The notes under the pieces are model-generated. The model searched no databases. It saw only the letters and a program-made list of their open reading frames with translations, and was not told the DNA's origin. A stretch of DNA of 64,000 nt from Octopus vulgaris (taxonomy: Eukaryota), in assembly GCA_951406725.2 (NCBI GenBank), contig OX597841.1, forward strand, positions 16,740,001 through 16,804,000, in the 5' to 3' direction. Positions 43,251 to 56,571 of the stretch are shown here, piece by piece. Every line of letters begins with the position of its first letter. Position 1 is the stretch's first letter. A program made the translations under genes and the position numbers.

Positions 43251-44207
43251 TATTTTCTATAGAGATTTTCATCTTTGAGTCTCGCACGCCGCTCTGCACC
43301 GACTCTCTGCTCTTTTTCGTAACATAACTTTATACTGACAAGATAAAAAGTGAAAAATATGGATGAAAATGCTGGAGAATTGCTAAACAGAATAAGATAT
43401 TGGGTTCAAAGGTTAGATATTAGCAATGCAACACCCTGATTCTTGTCACCAAAATACAAGGAAAATCCCCTACGGTGAAGCTGAATGAGAAAGTAGAGGG
43501 AAAAGCAAAGTGGAAAATACAATAAAAAAAAGGAAAAAAGAATGTAACAAAGAAAATAGTGAAAGGGTGGGGAACTGGAAAATAAAGAGAGAACAACATA
43601 TGGTAGAAAGGAATAAAGATGAATGAAGTGGAATGAAGGAGATGACAGTGAATGAAAGTAACACAGGAGGGGGAAATCGATATACACATAATCACCCTTC
43701 TGCCATGTACCTACACATTAATACATATATGTATACATACGAGTAATATACATGTTGATATATACGTATGTCTGTATGTGTGTGTGTATATATATATATA
43801 TACATATAGGACTGAGTACATGTACATAAGTATAGATATTTATATACGTATATATACATACGTATTTGCTCAAATTAATCTATGTATACATATATACACA
43901 AATATATACGTGTGTATATATATATGTATCCAAAGAGATGTATATACTTACGTGCGTGTTTATATACAAATGTGTGTGTGCGTCTGTGTATACATGTATA
44001 TGCATATACATATATATATATATATGCATGTATATATATGTATGCATTTATATATATATACATATATATATATACACGCATACATGTGTATACAGTGATG
44101 TTTATTGAAAAATATGTGCACCTATATATATATATATATATATATTTACATAGGTATACGCCTATATTTAGAGACGAACCACTTACATGCGCTCACACGC
44201 ACATATA

Positions 44208-44257
<50 letters not shown>

Positions 44258-44413
44258 CCTAAACCCATATATACACTGACTGTTACATAGAGATAAATGT
44301 ACATAAATAAATATATACTCATATACGTGTGTATGTGTGACCATTCATGTACATACACACACATGTATATGCATACATATATAACTCATAAATAGTATAT
44401 AATGTATGTGTGC

Positions 44414-44445
<32 letters not shown>

Positions 44446-44621
44446 AAAATGTACGTGTTTGTGTGTGTGCACATGAAGCAGTAGATAGATATGTGTCCGG
44501 CGTTATTGTAGTCGTGTAAGAGGCATTTCTGTATGGAAGTGCTCAATACATCTTTAACATAATATAGAGCGGCATCAGCGTCTCTGTAGAAACGAGGAAA
44601 CAACAAGGGCACACCTGCATG

Positions 44622-44652
<31 letters not shown>

Positions 44653-44653
44653 A

Positions 44654-45050
44654 TACTCTTTACTCTTTTACTTGTTTCAGTCATTTGACTGCGGCCATGC
44701 TGGAGCACCGCCTTTAATCGAGCAACTCGACCCCGGGACTTATTCTTTTGTAAGCCCAGTACTTATTCTATCGGTCTCTTTTGCCGAACCGCTAAGTAAC
44801 GGGGACATAAACACACCAGCATCGGTTGTCAAGCAATGCTAGGGGGACAAACACAAACACACAAACACACACTTATATATATATATATATATATCCATAT
44901 ATACGACGGGCTTCTTTCAGTTTCTGTCTACCAAATCCACTCACAAGGCTTTGGCCGGCCCGAGGCTATAGTAGAAGACACTTGCCCAAGGTGCCACGCT
45001 GTGGGACTGAACCCGGAACCGTGTGGTTGGTAAACAAGCTACTTACCACA
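44654..45050 (-). mobile_element. SINE family A
   Basis: Matches family A; extreme 5' end missing. Confidence 0.9.
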
Positions 45051-45249
45051 AGGCCAATCCTTTGCCAGATATAGACAGATAGATATAAATGTATGTATAT
45101 GTTTGAATTATATAAATGTGTATATAAAATATATACGTTAATGAATAATAATTGATAATAATACGCATGTATGTGTATATGTTCGTCAATAATTTGCATA
45201 TATACGCAGGAAATATGAAAACGCATATGCTCATACGGGCATTATGTCA

Positions 45250-45327
45250 ATACACACATATATATATATATATATATACATACATATATATATATATACG
45301 TATATATATATACATATATATATATAC

Positions 45328-45360
<33 letters not shown>

Positions 45361-45364
45361 CATA

Positions 45365-45395
<31 letters not shown>

Positions 45396-45526
45396 CATAT
45401 ACATATATATATATATATACATAGATATATATATATATATATATACATACATACAAAAAAAAAAAAAAAAAAAAAAAAAAAACAAAAAATACATATATAT
45501 ATATATACATATATATATATACATAC

Positions 45527-45557
<31 letters not shown>

Positions 45558-46036
45558 CATACATATATATATATACATATATATATATACATATACACAC
45601 ACAAATATACCGATATACATATGGATACATATGTATATGTGTGTGTGTGAATGTATATATGTAAATAGGTATGTATGTATGTGTATATATATATGTGTGT
45701 GTGTGCGTGTAAATACAATTTACTAATTAGCTATCGTTATATTACCTTAAACAGGTACTTATAAAATTTTTGCATAGTTCCTCAATGAATTACATACACA
45801 CACAAGCTCGTGCATACACACACACACACACACACACATAATGTATATGTATGTATGCATATTTTCATCGATGCGTATGTATGTGTATGCACTAATGTGT
45901 ATGTGTATTTCTCTGTATTTATGTATGCACGCATTAATTTATGCATGTTTCGAGATACATATGCGAACATATATGTACTTACACACACACACTCACACAC
46001 ACTCACACACACACTCACACGCACTGGCACACACTC

Positions 46037-46119
<83 letters not shown>

Positions 46120-46179
46120 ACACATCACACACACACACATACACACACACACACACACTCAAACACACACACACTCACA

Positions 46180-46224
<45 letters not shown>

Positions 46225-46300
46225 ACACACACACACACACACACAACACACACTCACACACACACACTCACACAGACTCACACGCACACACACTCACATT

Positions 46301-46331
<31 letters not shown>

Positions 46332-46400
46332 ACACACACGCTCACACACACACACGCTCACACACACACACACTCTCACACACACTTTCACACATACACA

Positions 46401-46435
<35 letters not shown>
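45250..46435. repeat. TA/CA microsatellite mosaic with poly-A run and long (CA)n (45980-46435)
   Basis: Directly visible. Confidence 0.95.
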
Positions 46436-46741
46436 ATATTCCTTGGGCATAATTGTGCTTCTTCTCGATGCATTCACACGCCATATTGTCGTGAATTTCT
46501 TATATCGTTTTTGAGAGAACTCTTTAATATTTTATAACACCGCGCAGGAAAGTTCTCTCGTATGTATTTAAGAATTACGTAATATTCGTATAATTTTTTT
46601 CGGTTATATATCCGTATCTTGCGGCTTTGAATATTAAATCCGGAATTAGTAGTGGACTCTTGCGTACAAAAGACAGCTGTGCGGTTTCCACGACAGTCCG
46701 GCTTTTGCCATCATACACGTTGTTTTACTTTACGGTAACTA

Positions 46742-46935
46742 CGGCGAGCTGGCAGAAACGTTAGCATGCCGGGCGAAATGCTTATCAGTATTTCGTCTGC
46801 CGCTACGTTCTGAGTTCAAATTCCGCCGAGGTCGACTTTGCCTTTCATCCTTTCGGGGTCATTAAATTAAGTATCTGTTTGTCTGTCCTTGTTTGTCCTC
46901 TCTGTGTTTAGCCCCTTGTGGGTAGTAAAGAAATG
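46742..46935 (+). mobile_element. SINE family B monomer
   Basis: CGGCGAGCTGGCAGAAACGTTAGC head and core. Confidence 0.88.
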
Positions 46936-46954
46936 GGTAAATACGTGTCTGACA

Positions 46955-48300
46955 TAAAGGATATCAATAAATATCCGGGCTGTTGTTATAGTAACGAAGC
47001 TAAGCCACATAGGGTAAAGCTGCTTGGCACAGATTGAACTTGAACTCTGCTGTGCATGCGAACTGAGGTTTAACGTTCTATCTCACTTCTGTTATTCACA
47101 GCAGTGCTTGGAAGGAAGGTGTGTGGCGTGTGATTGTCGCATTGTCAATGTTAGAGAAATTTAAGCTTAGAATCTGCAGGAAATTTTGGCAAAAGCTTGG
47201 CGATACCTTCTCAGAAGTCTACGTAAAATTTTCGAAGGGTTTTCATCGTTGTGGACACAATCAAGGAGACCTTGCACAACTGAAACCCGAGTGACTTTTT
47301 GGTCAGCTGAAAACAATTTTTGCACAAAAATGGCAGACACGCGTCTAATATCCAAATCTCCAGCAATAATCGATTGAACTGAACCGTAACTAATCTGAAC
47401 ATCCTCTGATAACTCACGGATGGTGATTCGGCGATTACCTCTTACAGCTGCACGCACCTCTGTGATATTTTTCTCAATATTGCTGGTTACACGTCTCCCA
47501 GAAACTTAAATATCGACATTTATTCGACCATCTTTGCGTGTGCTCATGTACTCCTCTCCATACACTTTCTGTGCGGCTCATATACTCCTCTCCATACACT
47601 TTCTGTGCGGCTCATGTACTCCTCTCCATGTACTTTCTGTGCGGCACATACACTCCTCTCCATACACTTTCTGTGCGACTCATATACTCCTCTCCATACA
47701 CTTTCTGTGCGGCTCATGTACTCCTCTCCATACACTTTCTGTGCGGCTCATGTACTCCTCTCAATACACTTTCTGTGCGGCTCATATACTCCTCTCAATA
47801 CACTTTCTGTGCGGCTCATATACTCCTCTCCATACACTTTCTGTGCGGCTCATATACTCCTCTCCATACACTTTCTGTGTGGCTCATGTACTCCTCTCCA
47901 TACACTTTCTGTGCGGCTCATATAATCCTCTCCATACACTTTCTGTGCGGCTCATATACTCCTCTCCATACACTTTCTGTGCGGCTCATATACTCCTCTC
48001 CATACACTTTGTGTGCGGCTCATATACTCCTCTCCATACACTTTCTGTGCGTCTCGTATACTCCTCTCCATACACTCTCTTTAACTTTGCATAGGCTTCT
48101 GAGCAGGTGTCGCCACGACAACTTTATCCCTCATGGTCAGTGCGACTATCACAAGGTGCACACCTTCTTTCCAAGCACTGCTGTAAACACCGGAAGTGAG
48201 GTAGATATTTAAAACTTAATGCGCATGCACAACAGAGTTCACGATTAATCTGTGCCAAGCGACCCCACAGTCTTGTTCCTTATTCATCAGTCCTCGTATA
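46955..48300. mobile_element. Complete rearranged mariner derivative with two inverted 5' arms and an internal minisatellite
   Basis: 46960-47150 is the imperfect reverse complement of 48140-48300; minus-strand RRITIRELSEDVQISYGSVQSII...RRVSAIFVQKLFSADQK is a mariner HTH/WVPxxL-linker region. Confidence 0.8.
47543..48080. repeat. 34-bp minisatellite TACTCCTCTCCATACACTTTCTGTGCGGCTCATA, about 16 copies
   Basis: Head-to-tail copies without spacers. Confidence 0.97.
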
Positions 48301-48377
48301 TCAAACAGCATAGTTGTTATTGTTACATTGTTCTCCGGGCAAAATGCTTCGCGAGAAACACCGGGCTTAATCTAATT

Positions 48378-48769
48378 GACTAAGTTAAATTAATTTTTTT
48401 GGCTCAAAAAGCAAAAAGCAGGGCCATGTAGGGGGACATGGAATCATGTACAGGGAGGGTGTTCATGCAAAGAGTTCAGGCCATTTCTGGTCGAGAGAGG
48501 CTTTGAACCGAGCGGTCGTCAGCATCTTCACCATCTCGTCCGGCAGTTTATTCCACGGATCCGCAACCCGGACGGAGAAAGCCCCTCTCCTTCGATTGAG
48601 ATGAAATCGTCGCAGATAGAGCTTTTCGGAGTGTCCCCGCAGCCGACGCTCTGGAGCAGGAGTGAAGAACAGCTCTTTCGAGAGGTTACACTTTCCGCTT
48701 ATGATGTTGTGAGCGAGAATGAGATCACCACGGTGTCGTTGTTTTTCTAGAGAATAAAGGTCGAGCGTT
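48378..48769 (-). mobile_element. CR1-clade LINE 3' fragment
   Basis: LDLYSLEKQRHRGDLILAHNII...LRGHSEKLYLRRFHLNRRRGAFSVRVADPWNKLPDEMV...FKASLD matches the CR1 ORF2 C-terminus. Confidence 0.92.
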
Positions 48770-48813
48770 CCCCTTAACCCAAAATTTCAGGTCTTGTGCC
48801 TATAGTAGAAAGG

Positions 48814-48854
<41 letters not shown>

Positions 48855-49095
48855 GGAGGCAAGCCGGCAGAAACGCCAGCACGCTGGGCGAAATGCTTAG
48901 CGATGAACATTTCTTCCATCGCTGCGTTCTGAGTTCAAATTCCGCCGAGGTCGACTTTATCTCTCGTCGTTTCAGGCTCGATAAATTAAGTACCAGTTGC
49001 GTACTTGGGTCGATGTGACCGACTATCTCCCCCTCCACCAAATTTCAGGTCTTGTGCCTACGGTAGAAAAGATCATTATTATTATTATTATTATT
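48770..49095 (+). mobile_element. SINE family B-related copy with (TTA)n tails
   Basis: GAGTTCAAATTCCGCCGAGGTCGACTTT core; AAATTTCAGGTCTTGTGCCTA..GTAGAAA tail twice. Confidence 0.8.
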
Positions 49096-49119
49096 AAGAC
49101 GAGAGCTGGAATACTAGTT

Positions 49120-49250
49120 AGCTCGCTTTTGCCAGCTGAGTGGACTGCAGCAATGTGAAGTAGAGTGTCTTGCTCAAGGGCACAGCGCACAACCGTGTAT
49201 CGAACCCGCGACCTTACGAACGTGTACCGAACGCTCTAACCACTAGGCTA
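49120..49250 (-). mobile_element. tRNA-derived SINE head, fourth family (D)
   Basis: Reverse complement TAGCCTAGTGGTTAGAGCG...GGGTTCGATAC...CCCTTGAGCAAGACACT. Confidence 0.65.
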
Positions 49251-49417
49251 AACGTAATAACAAACATACATCCATACAAACACACATCCGCATTCCATTG
49301 ACACGACAAAACTTTAGAAACTTCTAGAACATGCTGTAATTCTATTTCGGAATGGTGAATCTCGAAGCAAGAGTAATAACTATACATAACAGCATGCAAA
49401 TATCAGGTAAAAATTCC

Positions 49418-49633
49418 TTTACTCTTTAACTCTCTTTTACTTGTTTCAGTCCTTTGACTGTGGCCATGCTGGAGCACCGCCTTTTAGTCGAGCAAATCGA
49501 CCCCGGGACTTATTCTTTGTAAGCCCAGTACTTATGCTATCGGTCTCTTTTGCTGAACCGCTAGATGACGGCGACGTAAACACACCAGCATCGGTTGTCA
49601 AGCAATGCTAGGGGGACAAACACAGACACACAA

Positions 49634-49710
<77 letters not shown>

Positions 49711-49882
49711 TATACATATATACGGCGGGCTTCTTTCAGTTTCCGTCTATCAAATCCACTCACAAGGCTTTGGTTGGCCCGAGGCTATAGTAGAAGGCAC
49801 TTGCCCAAGATGCCACGCAGTGGGACTGAACACGGAACCATGTGGTTGGTAAGCAAGCTACTTACCACACAGCCACTCCTGC
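49418..49882 (-). mobile_element. SINE family A with expanded internal (CA)n
   Basis: Full head-to-tail match. Confidence 0.9.
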
Positions 49883-50089
49883 GAGAAAAAAAAAACAAGT
49901 CGAAGGCTGCCCGTAGGACTCGATCCAACGCTTCCTACAAACAAGATGGCTGATCTAACGTGGGACCAAACAAAACGTCGAATTACTCTCAGTATTATGA
50001 GATCTTATTGAGCAGCGAGAATTGTTTTTTGACGACATAAGTGTTTATAAACTTCGAGAAAGTTCCTAAAAAGAGATGCACCTCTCTGT

Positions 50090-50943
<854 letters not shown>

Positions 50944-51436
50944 CTTGTTGAAATTAAGTACTGTTGTCTTTATTGTCAAGAACCAGCCATAAAATCGCAT
51001 TTCTCGAAGACCTGGAATAAGTAGGAATCGAAGCAGTAAAATTGGTAAGTTTTATGAAATGAAGACTACTAAAGACTGGAATCTTCGGTTTATTACGTGA
51101 AAATATCCAAAATCTTCAAGAAGTTTTATTACATGCTGGAGGAAGGTCTGTGACGTCGGCAGGATCTTTAGCGCGTCGAACAAAGTGCTTTGCGATATTT
51201 CTTTACGTTCTGGCTTCAAATTCCGTAGAGGTCGACCATGCAATTTTGTTCTTTCGGGGGTCGATGAAATAAAGTGAAGTCCCTCCCACCCATAATTTCA
51301 GACCTTGCTCCTATAGTAGAAAGGTTTATTATCATTATTATTATTATTACTCTTTTACTCGCTTTTACACTTTTTACTTGTTTCAGTCATTTGACTGCGC
51401 CCATGCTGGAGCACCGCCTTTTAGTCGAACAAATCG

Positions 51437-51487
51437 ACACACAGAGTAACGTAACTCGCATACACACACACACACACACACACAGAA

Positions 51488-51518
<31 letters not shown>

Positions 51519-51521
51519 GAA

Positions 51522-51559
<38 letters not shown>

Positions 51560-51564
51560 ACGTA

Positions 51565-51602
<38 letters not shown>

Positions 51603-51690
51603 ACGTAACTCGCGCGCGCACACACACACACACACACACAGTAACGTAACTCGCACACACACACACACACACACACAGAGTAACGTAACT

Positions 51691-51722
<32 letters not shown>

Positions 51723-51730
51723 GTAACGTA

Positions 51731-51767
<37 letters not shown>

Positions 51768-51780
51768 CATAACTCGCACA
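51437..51780. repeat. Compound repeat CAGAGTAACGTAACTCG + (CA)n, about 9 units, fused to a SINE A tail (51350-51437)
   Basis: Directly visible. Confidence 0.9.
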
Positions 51781-52384
51781 AAAACCACATACACATGTCC
51801 ACAATTTTCGAGCACTTGATCCATCTTGATCGCTAAGGCAGATGAACCCGTGAGCGAAACATCGTTTCATCGTATTCTGTTTCAATATTTCTGCTCCTTT
51901 GACCTCCTTGTTCGTTTTGATGTTTCTTCTGAAGGCTTAAGTTTCCGTAAGACTCAAACCAAATAGCATTCCTTTCATTCGCAAAATATCGTTTCTTAGT
52001 TTTAATCTCTTTCGCTCCCCTAAAGGCACTTGGACTCCCTATCGATTTCACAAACGCACTAATCAATAAGCGCAGACCTGGCTGTGTGCTGGAAAGTTCT
52101 GTTTGCTACCGTGTCGTTTAGGGATCGATCTAATTGTGCGCTACTTTTGGCAAATGTTTTCTACAATAATCCCGGATCTACTAAAGCCTGGCGACGAGGA
52201 GGGAATTTGGTTGACGAAAACTAGGTTGAAGACCGTCGTGGCATGTTCGGGCGATAAGAAGTTTGCTTCTCAACGGTATTGTTCCAGGTTCAGTACCACA
52301 GCGTGTCACAATCGGCATTGTGTTTTTTTTTTATTAGCTGAAACTGAAAGAAGCTCGTCATGTATGTATATATGTTGATTCGCT

Positions 52385-52564
52385 AGCTTCTGCACGCATT
52401 TTTTTCTCTCCTTGTTTCTTTTCTGTGTACCTTTCTGTTGAAGAGCGTAGGCTCGAAACGTAAAAGACTTGTTTTATTTCTATTCCTGAGCGCCATACTA
52501 ATACAATTGTTTGTTTGTACTCCACCTGCCTTCGTCTTTTGTTTATTTTCATAAAGCTTCCCTT

Positions 52565-52565
<1 letters not shown>
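52385..52565 (+). mobile_element. Family H2 hammerhead-bearing element
   Basis: CTTT-CTGTTGA-A-GAGC-GTAG-GCTC-GAAA-CGTA-AAAG at 52431-52466; ends in (TA)n. Confidence 0.75.
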
Positions 52566-53050
<485 letters not shown>

Positions 53051-53102
53051 TTTGTGTATATATATATATATATATATATGTGTTTGTGTGTATAAATACA
53101 TG

Positions 53103-53210
53103 TGTTATTTAGAGATAGAAGTCCCCATGCAATTCATCAAATCCTAATATATGGTGTAATGTATATTAGGATTTGATGAATTGTATGGGGACTTCTATCT
53201 ATAAATAACA
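53103..53210. repeat. Near-perfect inverted repeat / hairpin (49-bp arms, 10-nt loop)
   Basis: TGTTATTTAGAGATAGAAGTCCCCATGCAATTCATCAAATCCTAATATA pairs with 53162-53210 with one mismatch and one G-T. Confidence 0.9.
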
Positions 53211-53276
53211 TTATCGAGAATAATTCAATTTATTTGAATCTCTGTAACGCCGGAATTTGTATTCCCCAATAAATAA

Positions 53277-53309
<33 letters not shown>

Positions 53310-53311
<2 letters not shown>

Positions 53312-53652
53312 AAATGAGGGTGAAAATTGGATATTAATTTGACTAACATCAATTTAAAACTAGTGGTCTAGCATATTAAAATCTGAAGGTTCAGATAATT
53401 GTATTACATACATATGAGAGGGATGACCACTATGTTGACAACTCTTCAGAGTCCGTTCTGGTGTTTGCTAAATTTTCTTGAGAACATTCCTTAGTGGTAA
53501 GACCGTAGCGGATCTACTTCTAGCATAAGGGTTGTGCACATACTGGTCATCCCTCTCATACATGTGTAATATAATTTACTGCACCTGCTAGACCACTGGT
53601 TTTAAATTAATGTTTATCAAATTAATATCCAATTTTTCACCCTCATTTTAAA
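53310..53652. repeat. Imperfect inverted repeat (arms of about 120-130 bp)
   Basis: TAAAATGAGGGTGAAAATTGGATATTAATTTG...GAGAGGGATGACCA vs TGGTCATCCCTCTC...CAAATTAATATCCAATTTTTCACCCTCATTTTA. Confidence 0.85.
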
Positions 53653-54088
53653 TTTAAGATTTAAACAAATACATTCTCTAACAGGCAAAAGCCACTGCGG
53701 TGAATTAGTTTCTGTAGTATTATTCCGGTATTTTAGCGAGCCAAAATGAGGACTTTTGAAAAATAACCACAAGTGTAATAGGTAGAACTATGTACACGCC
53801 CGACATCATGCGGACGTCTCGTGTATAGTTTTTCAAATTATTTTTGTAATGACGATCATACTGAAGATCTGCGGACAAATTTCGTTAGTAAAATCCCGTA
53901 ACTGTTAACAGTGAAACATGTATATGGTTAATCTATATTTATGTTACTTTTCATTTGTCTTGCTCGCTTATGTTCTAGTGTTTGCTAAATTTTCTTGAGA
54001 ACATTCTTTAGTGGTGAGATCATAGCGGATCTATTTCTAGCATAAGGGTTGTCCACATAATGGTCATCCATATCATATATATATATAT

Positions 54089-54288
54089 AGTCAATCCATA
54101 CAAAGAAGAAGCAAAGCAATAACGCCAGGACGTGGTACAAGTAGAGTATTATCAGACGCTCAGGAAAAGGAGCAATTAGGATTCAACGTTTCGAACCTTG
54201 ACCTTCTTCAGAAATAGAGGAAAGACCAAAGTAAGGGAAGACGGAGGAAGAAAATCGCCAACGATACACACTCGGTTACATTTTGAAA
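54089..54288 (-). mobile_element. Diverged family H1 element
   Basis: Reverse complement ATTT-CTGAAGA-AGGTCAAGGTTC-GAAA-CGTT-GAAT; flanks homologous to H1. Confidence 0.7.
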
Positions 54289-54291
54289 GTG

Positions 54292-54377
<86 letters not shown>

Positions 54378-54380
<3 letters not shown>

Positions 54381-54628
54381 TTTGGGTTAGTGCATAATTA
54401 TTGCGCCTATTTTTCAACAAATTTTATTCAACAACAACAATATTTTACAAAAGTATCTTTAAATGATTATTCCGGAGCATATTCACCATCTACTTCAATT
54501 ACTGCTTCCCATTTGCTTGGCAGACGGTCAGACCGTCATCTAAATATTATTATTATTGTTAAATATTGTTTTTGTTGAATAAAATTACTTGAAAAAAGGG
54601 CCGCAAAAATTATGCACCAAACCCAATA
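54378..54628. mobile_element. Mariner-derived MITE with long inverted arms
   Basis: TA-TTTTGGGTTAGTGCATAATT...AATTATGCACCAAACCCAA-TA; inner minus-strand LPSKWEAVIEVDGEYAPE* resembles a mariner C-terminus. Confidence 0.8.
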
Positions 54629-55334
54629 CTTATTTCGTCCAGACGGAAGGAAGGAAAGGCAACGTCGACATTGCCGAAACTGGAACTCGCTCAATTCTCA
54701 AGCGATTCTATCAACTCGCTGCCTGAAATGTAAGTGGCCGAAAACAGAATACAAATACAGAAAACAAGCCATCATTTACCGCTTATTCCATATGAGTTCG
54801 TAGAATTCCTAAACTATTTAAGAGCAATATTCTACGCAATTATTAAACAAACACTTCCCCATTTTATTGTTGTCTAAACTGAAAACTATTGTAAATTATC
54901 GCCAAATATCTGAGCTTCAGTTGCTAAATAGCCTCAGTTCAACGGAAAATATCCGGGAATAGTATTTGTACATCAAAGCTAAATATTTTACGATTGAGAT
55001 GGGGGGGGGGGAAATATACTGGTTACTATCAATGGAGGAAAAGAAATCCAGTTTGCAAATTTATATGAAGTTCGTTTGTGTTCGTCTGTACGTTCGTGTG
55101 TGTGTGTGTATGTGCGCGCGCATGTGTGTGACTTTCCGGAACCGGATATCTATAATCTGCACTTGCATACATATTGCTCCGCTTGTGCCACTGTTTAAGC
55201 GAATGCATATAGATATGTGTATGAGCGTATGTTTAGGTGTATTATTTGTGTATGCATGTATGTATGTATGCATGTATGTATGTATGTATGTATGTATGTA
55301 TGTATGTATGTATGTATGTATGTATATATATATG

Positions 55335-55449
55335 GCTCCGGGTTCAGTCCCACAGCGTGGCACCTTGGCCAAATGTCTTCAGTTATAGCCTCGGGCCGAC
55401 CAAAGCCTTGTGAGTGGATTTGATAGACGGAAACTGAAAGAAGCCTGTC

Positions 55450-55511
<62 letters not shown>

Positions 55512-55564
55512 ATGTATGTGTGTGTGTATATGTGTGTGTGTGTGTATGTATGTGTGTGTGTATA

Positions 55565-55595
<31 letters not shown>

Positions 55596-55679
55596 ATGTA
55601 TGTGTGTGTGTGTGTATGTATATGTGTGTGTGTATATATGTATTTGTGTGTGTGTGTATGTATATGTGTGTGTGTGTAT

Positions 55680-55713
<34 letters not shown>

Positions 55714-55937
55714 ATATGTATATATGTGTGTATATATATATATACATATATATATGTGTGTGTGTGTCTGTGTTTGTCCCCAGCAGATGTTGGTGCGTTG
55801 TGTCTCCGAAACTTAGTGGTTCAGCAAAAGATACCGATAAAAACAGGCTTACAATGAACAAGTCCTAGGGTCGCTTTTCTCGACTAAGGGTGGTGCTCCA
55901 GTATGGCGCCAGTCAAATGACTGAAACGTGTAAAATA

Positions 55938-55940
<3 letters not shown>
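55335..55940 (+). mobile_element. SINE family A, 5'-truncated, internal microsatellite expanded to about 310 bp
   Basis: Body 55335-55452 and 55760-55940 flank the TA/TG tract. Confidence 0.85.
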
Positions 55941-55973
<33 letters not shown>

Positions 55974-56029
55974 CATACACATATAGTAAGATTGTAAAGA
56001 TAGTGGGAAAGAGAGTGAGAAAGGCGGAG

Positions 56030-56072
<43 letters not shown>

Positions 56073-56526
56073 TACACTCAAACATGTGTTCGTGCTCGTG
56101 TGTTCGTACTTGTGTATGTACGCACTTGTGAACGTATCCTTTTATAATTGCATATAACATATATGTTCTATACGATTCTAACACATTTCTAAGCGCTTCT
56201 GTGTGAACCTGTATTTCTGTGTGTGTGTATTTGTGTGTATGAATGTTTATGTGTTATAGAGAACGATAGAAATAAAGAAACTGTAAGACACAGAGAGGAA
56301 TAGGGAGAGAAAGAGGGAGACGGACAGGAAGTGAGTTTAGACAAGCACACAATTGTTATATAGAGCAGAGCGCCATATTTAAAATGGCGGGAGTGGTTAA
56401 GTTGATTCCAGGCATCTTTGAACGAACGCAGCACCAACCGATGAGTGTAGTCATCGCTGCTGGAGTTTGGCTGAATAAAATATTTATCTGTGGTTGTGGC
56501 CAAAGTTATTGAACATAGAGCTGTAC

Positions 56527-56571
<45 letters not shown>

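Noticed and set aside
45455-45490. Poly-A run as a processed-pseudogene tail
   Set aside because: Flanked on both sides by TA microsatellite with no upstream mRNA-like sequence
47543-48080. CRISPR-like 34-bp repeat
   Set aside because: No spacers and no cas genes; the unit derives from mariner transposase in a eukaryotic context
51437-51780. Repeat-spacer-like pattern
   Set aside because: The spacers are only (CA)n; this is a compound microsatellite
51838-51870. CAGATGA...GAAAC hammerhead-like string
   Set aside because: Core mismatch and no credible stem I or II
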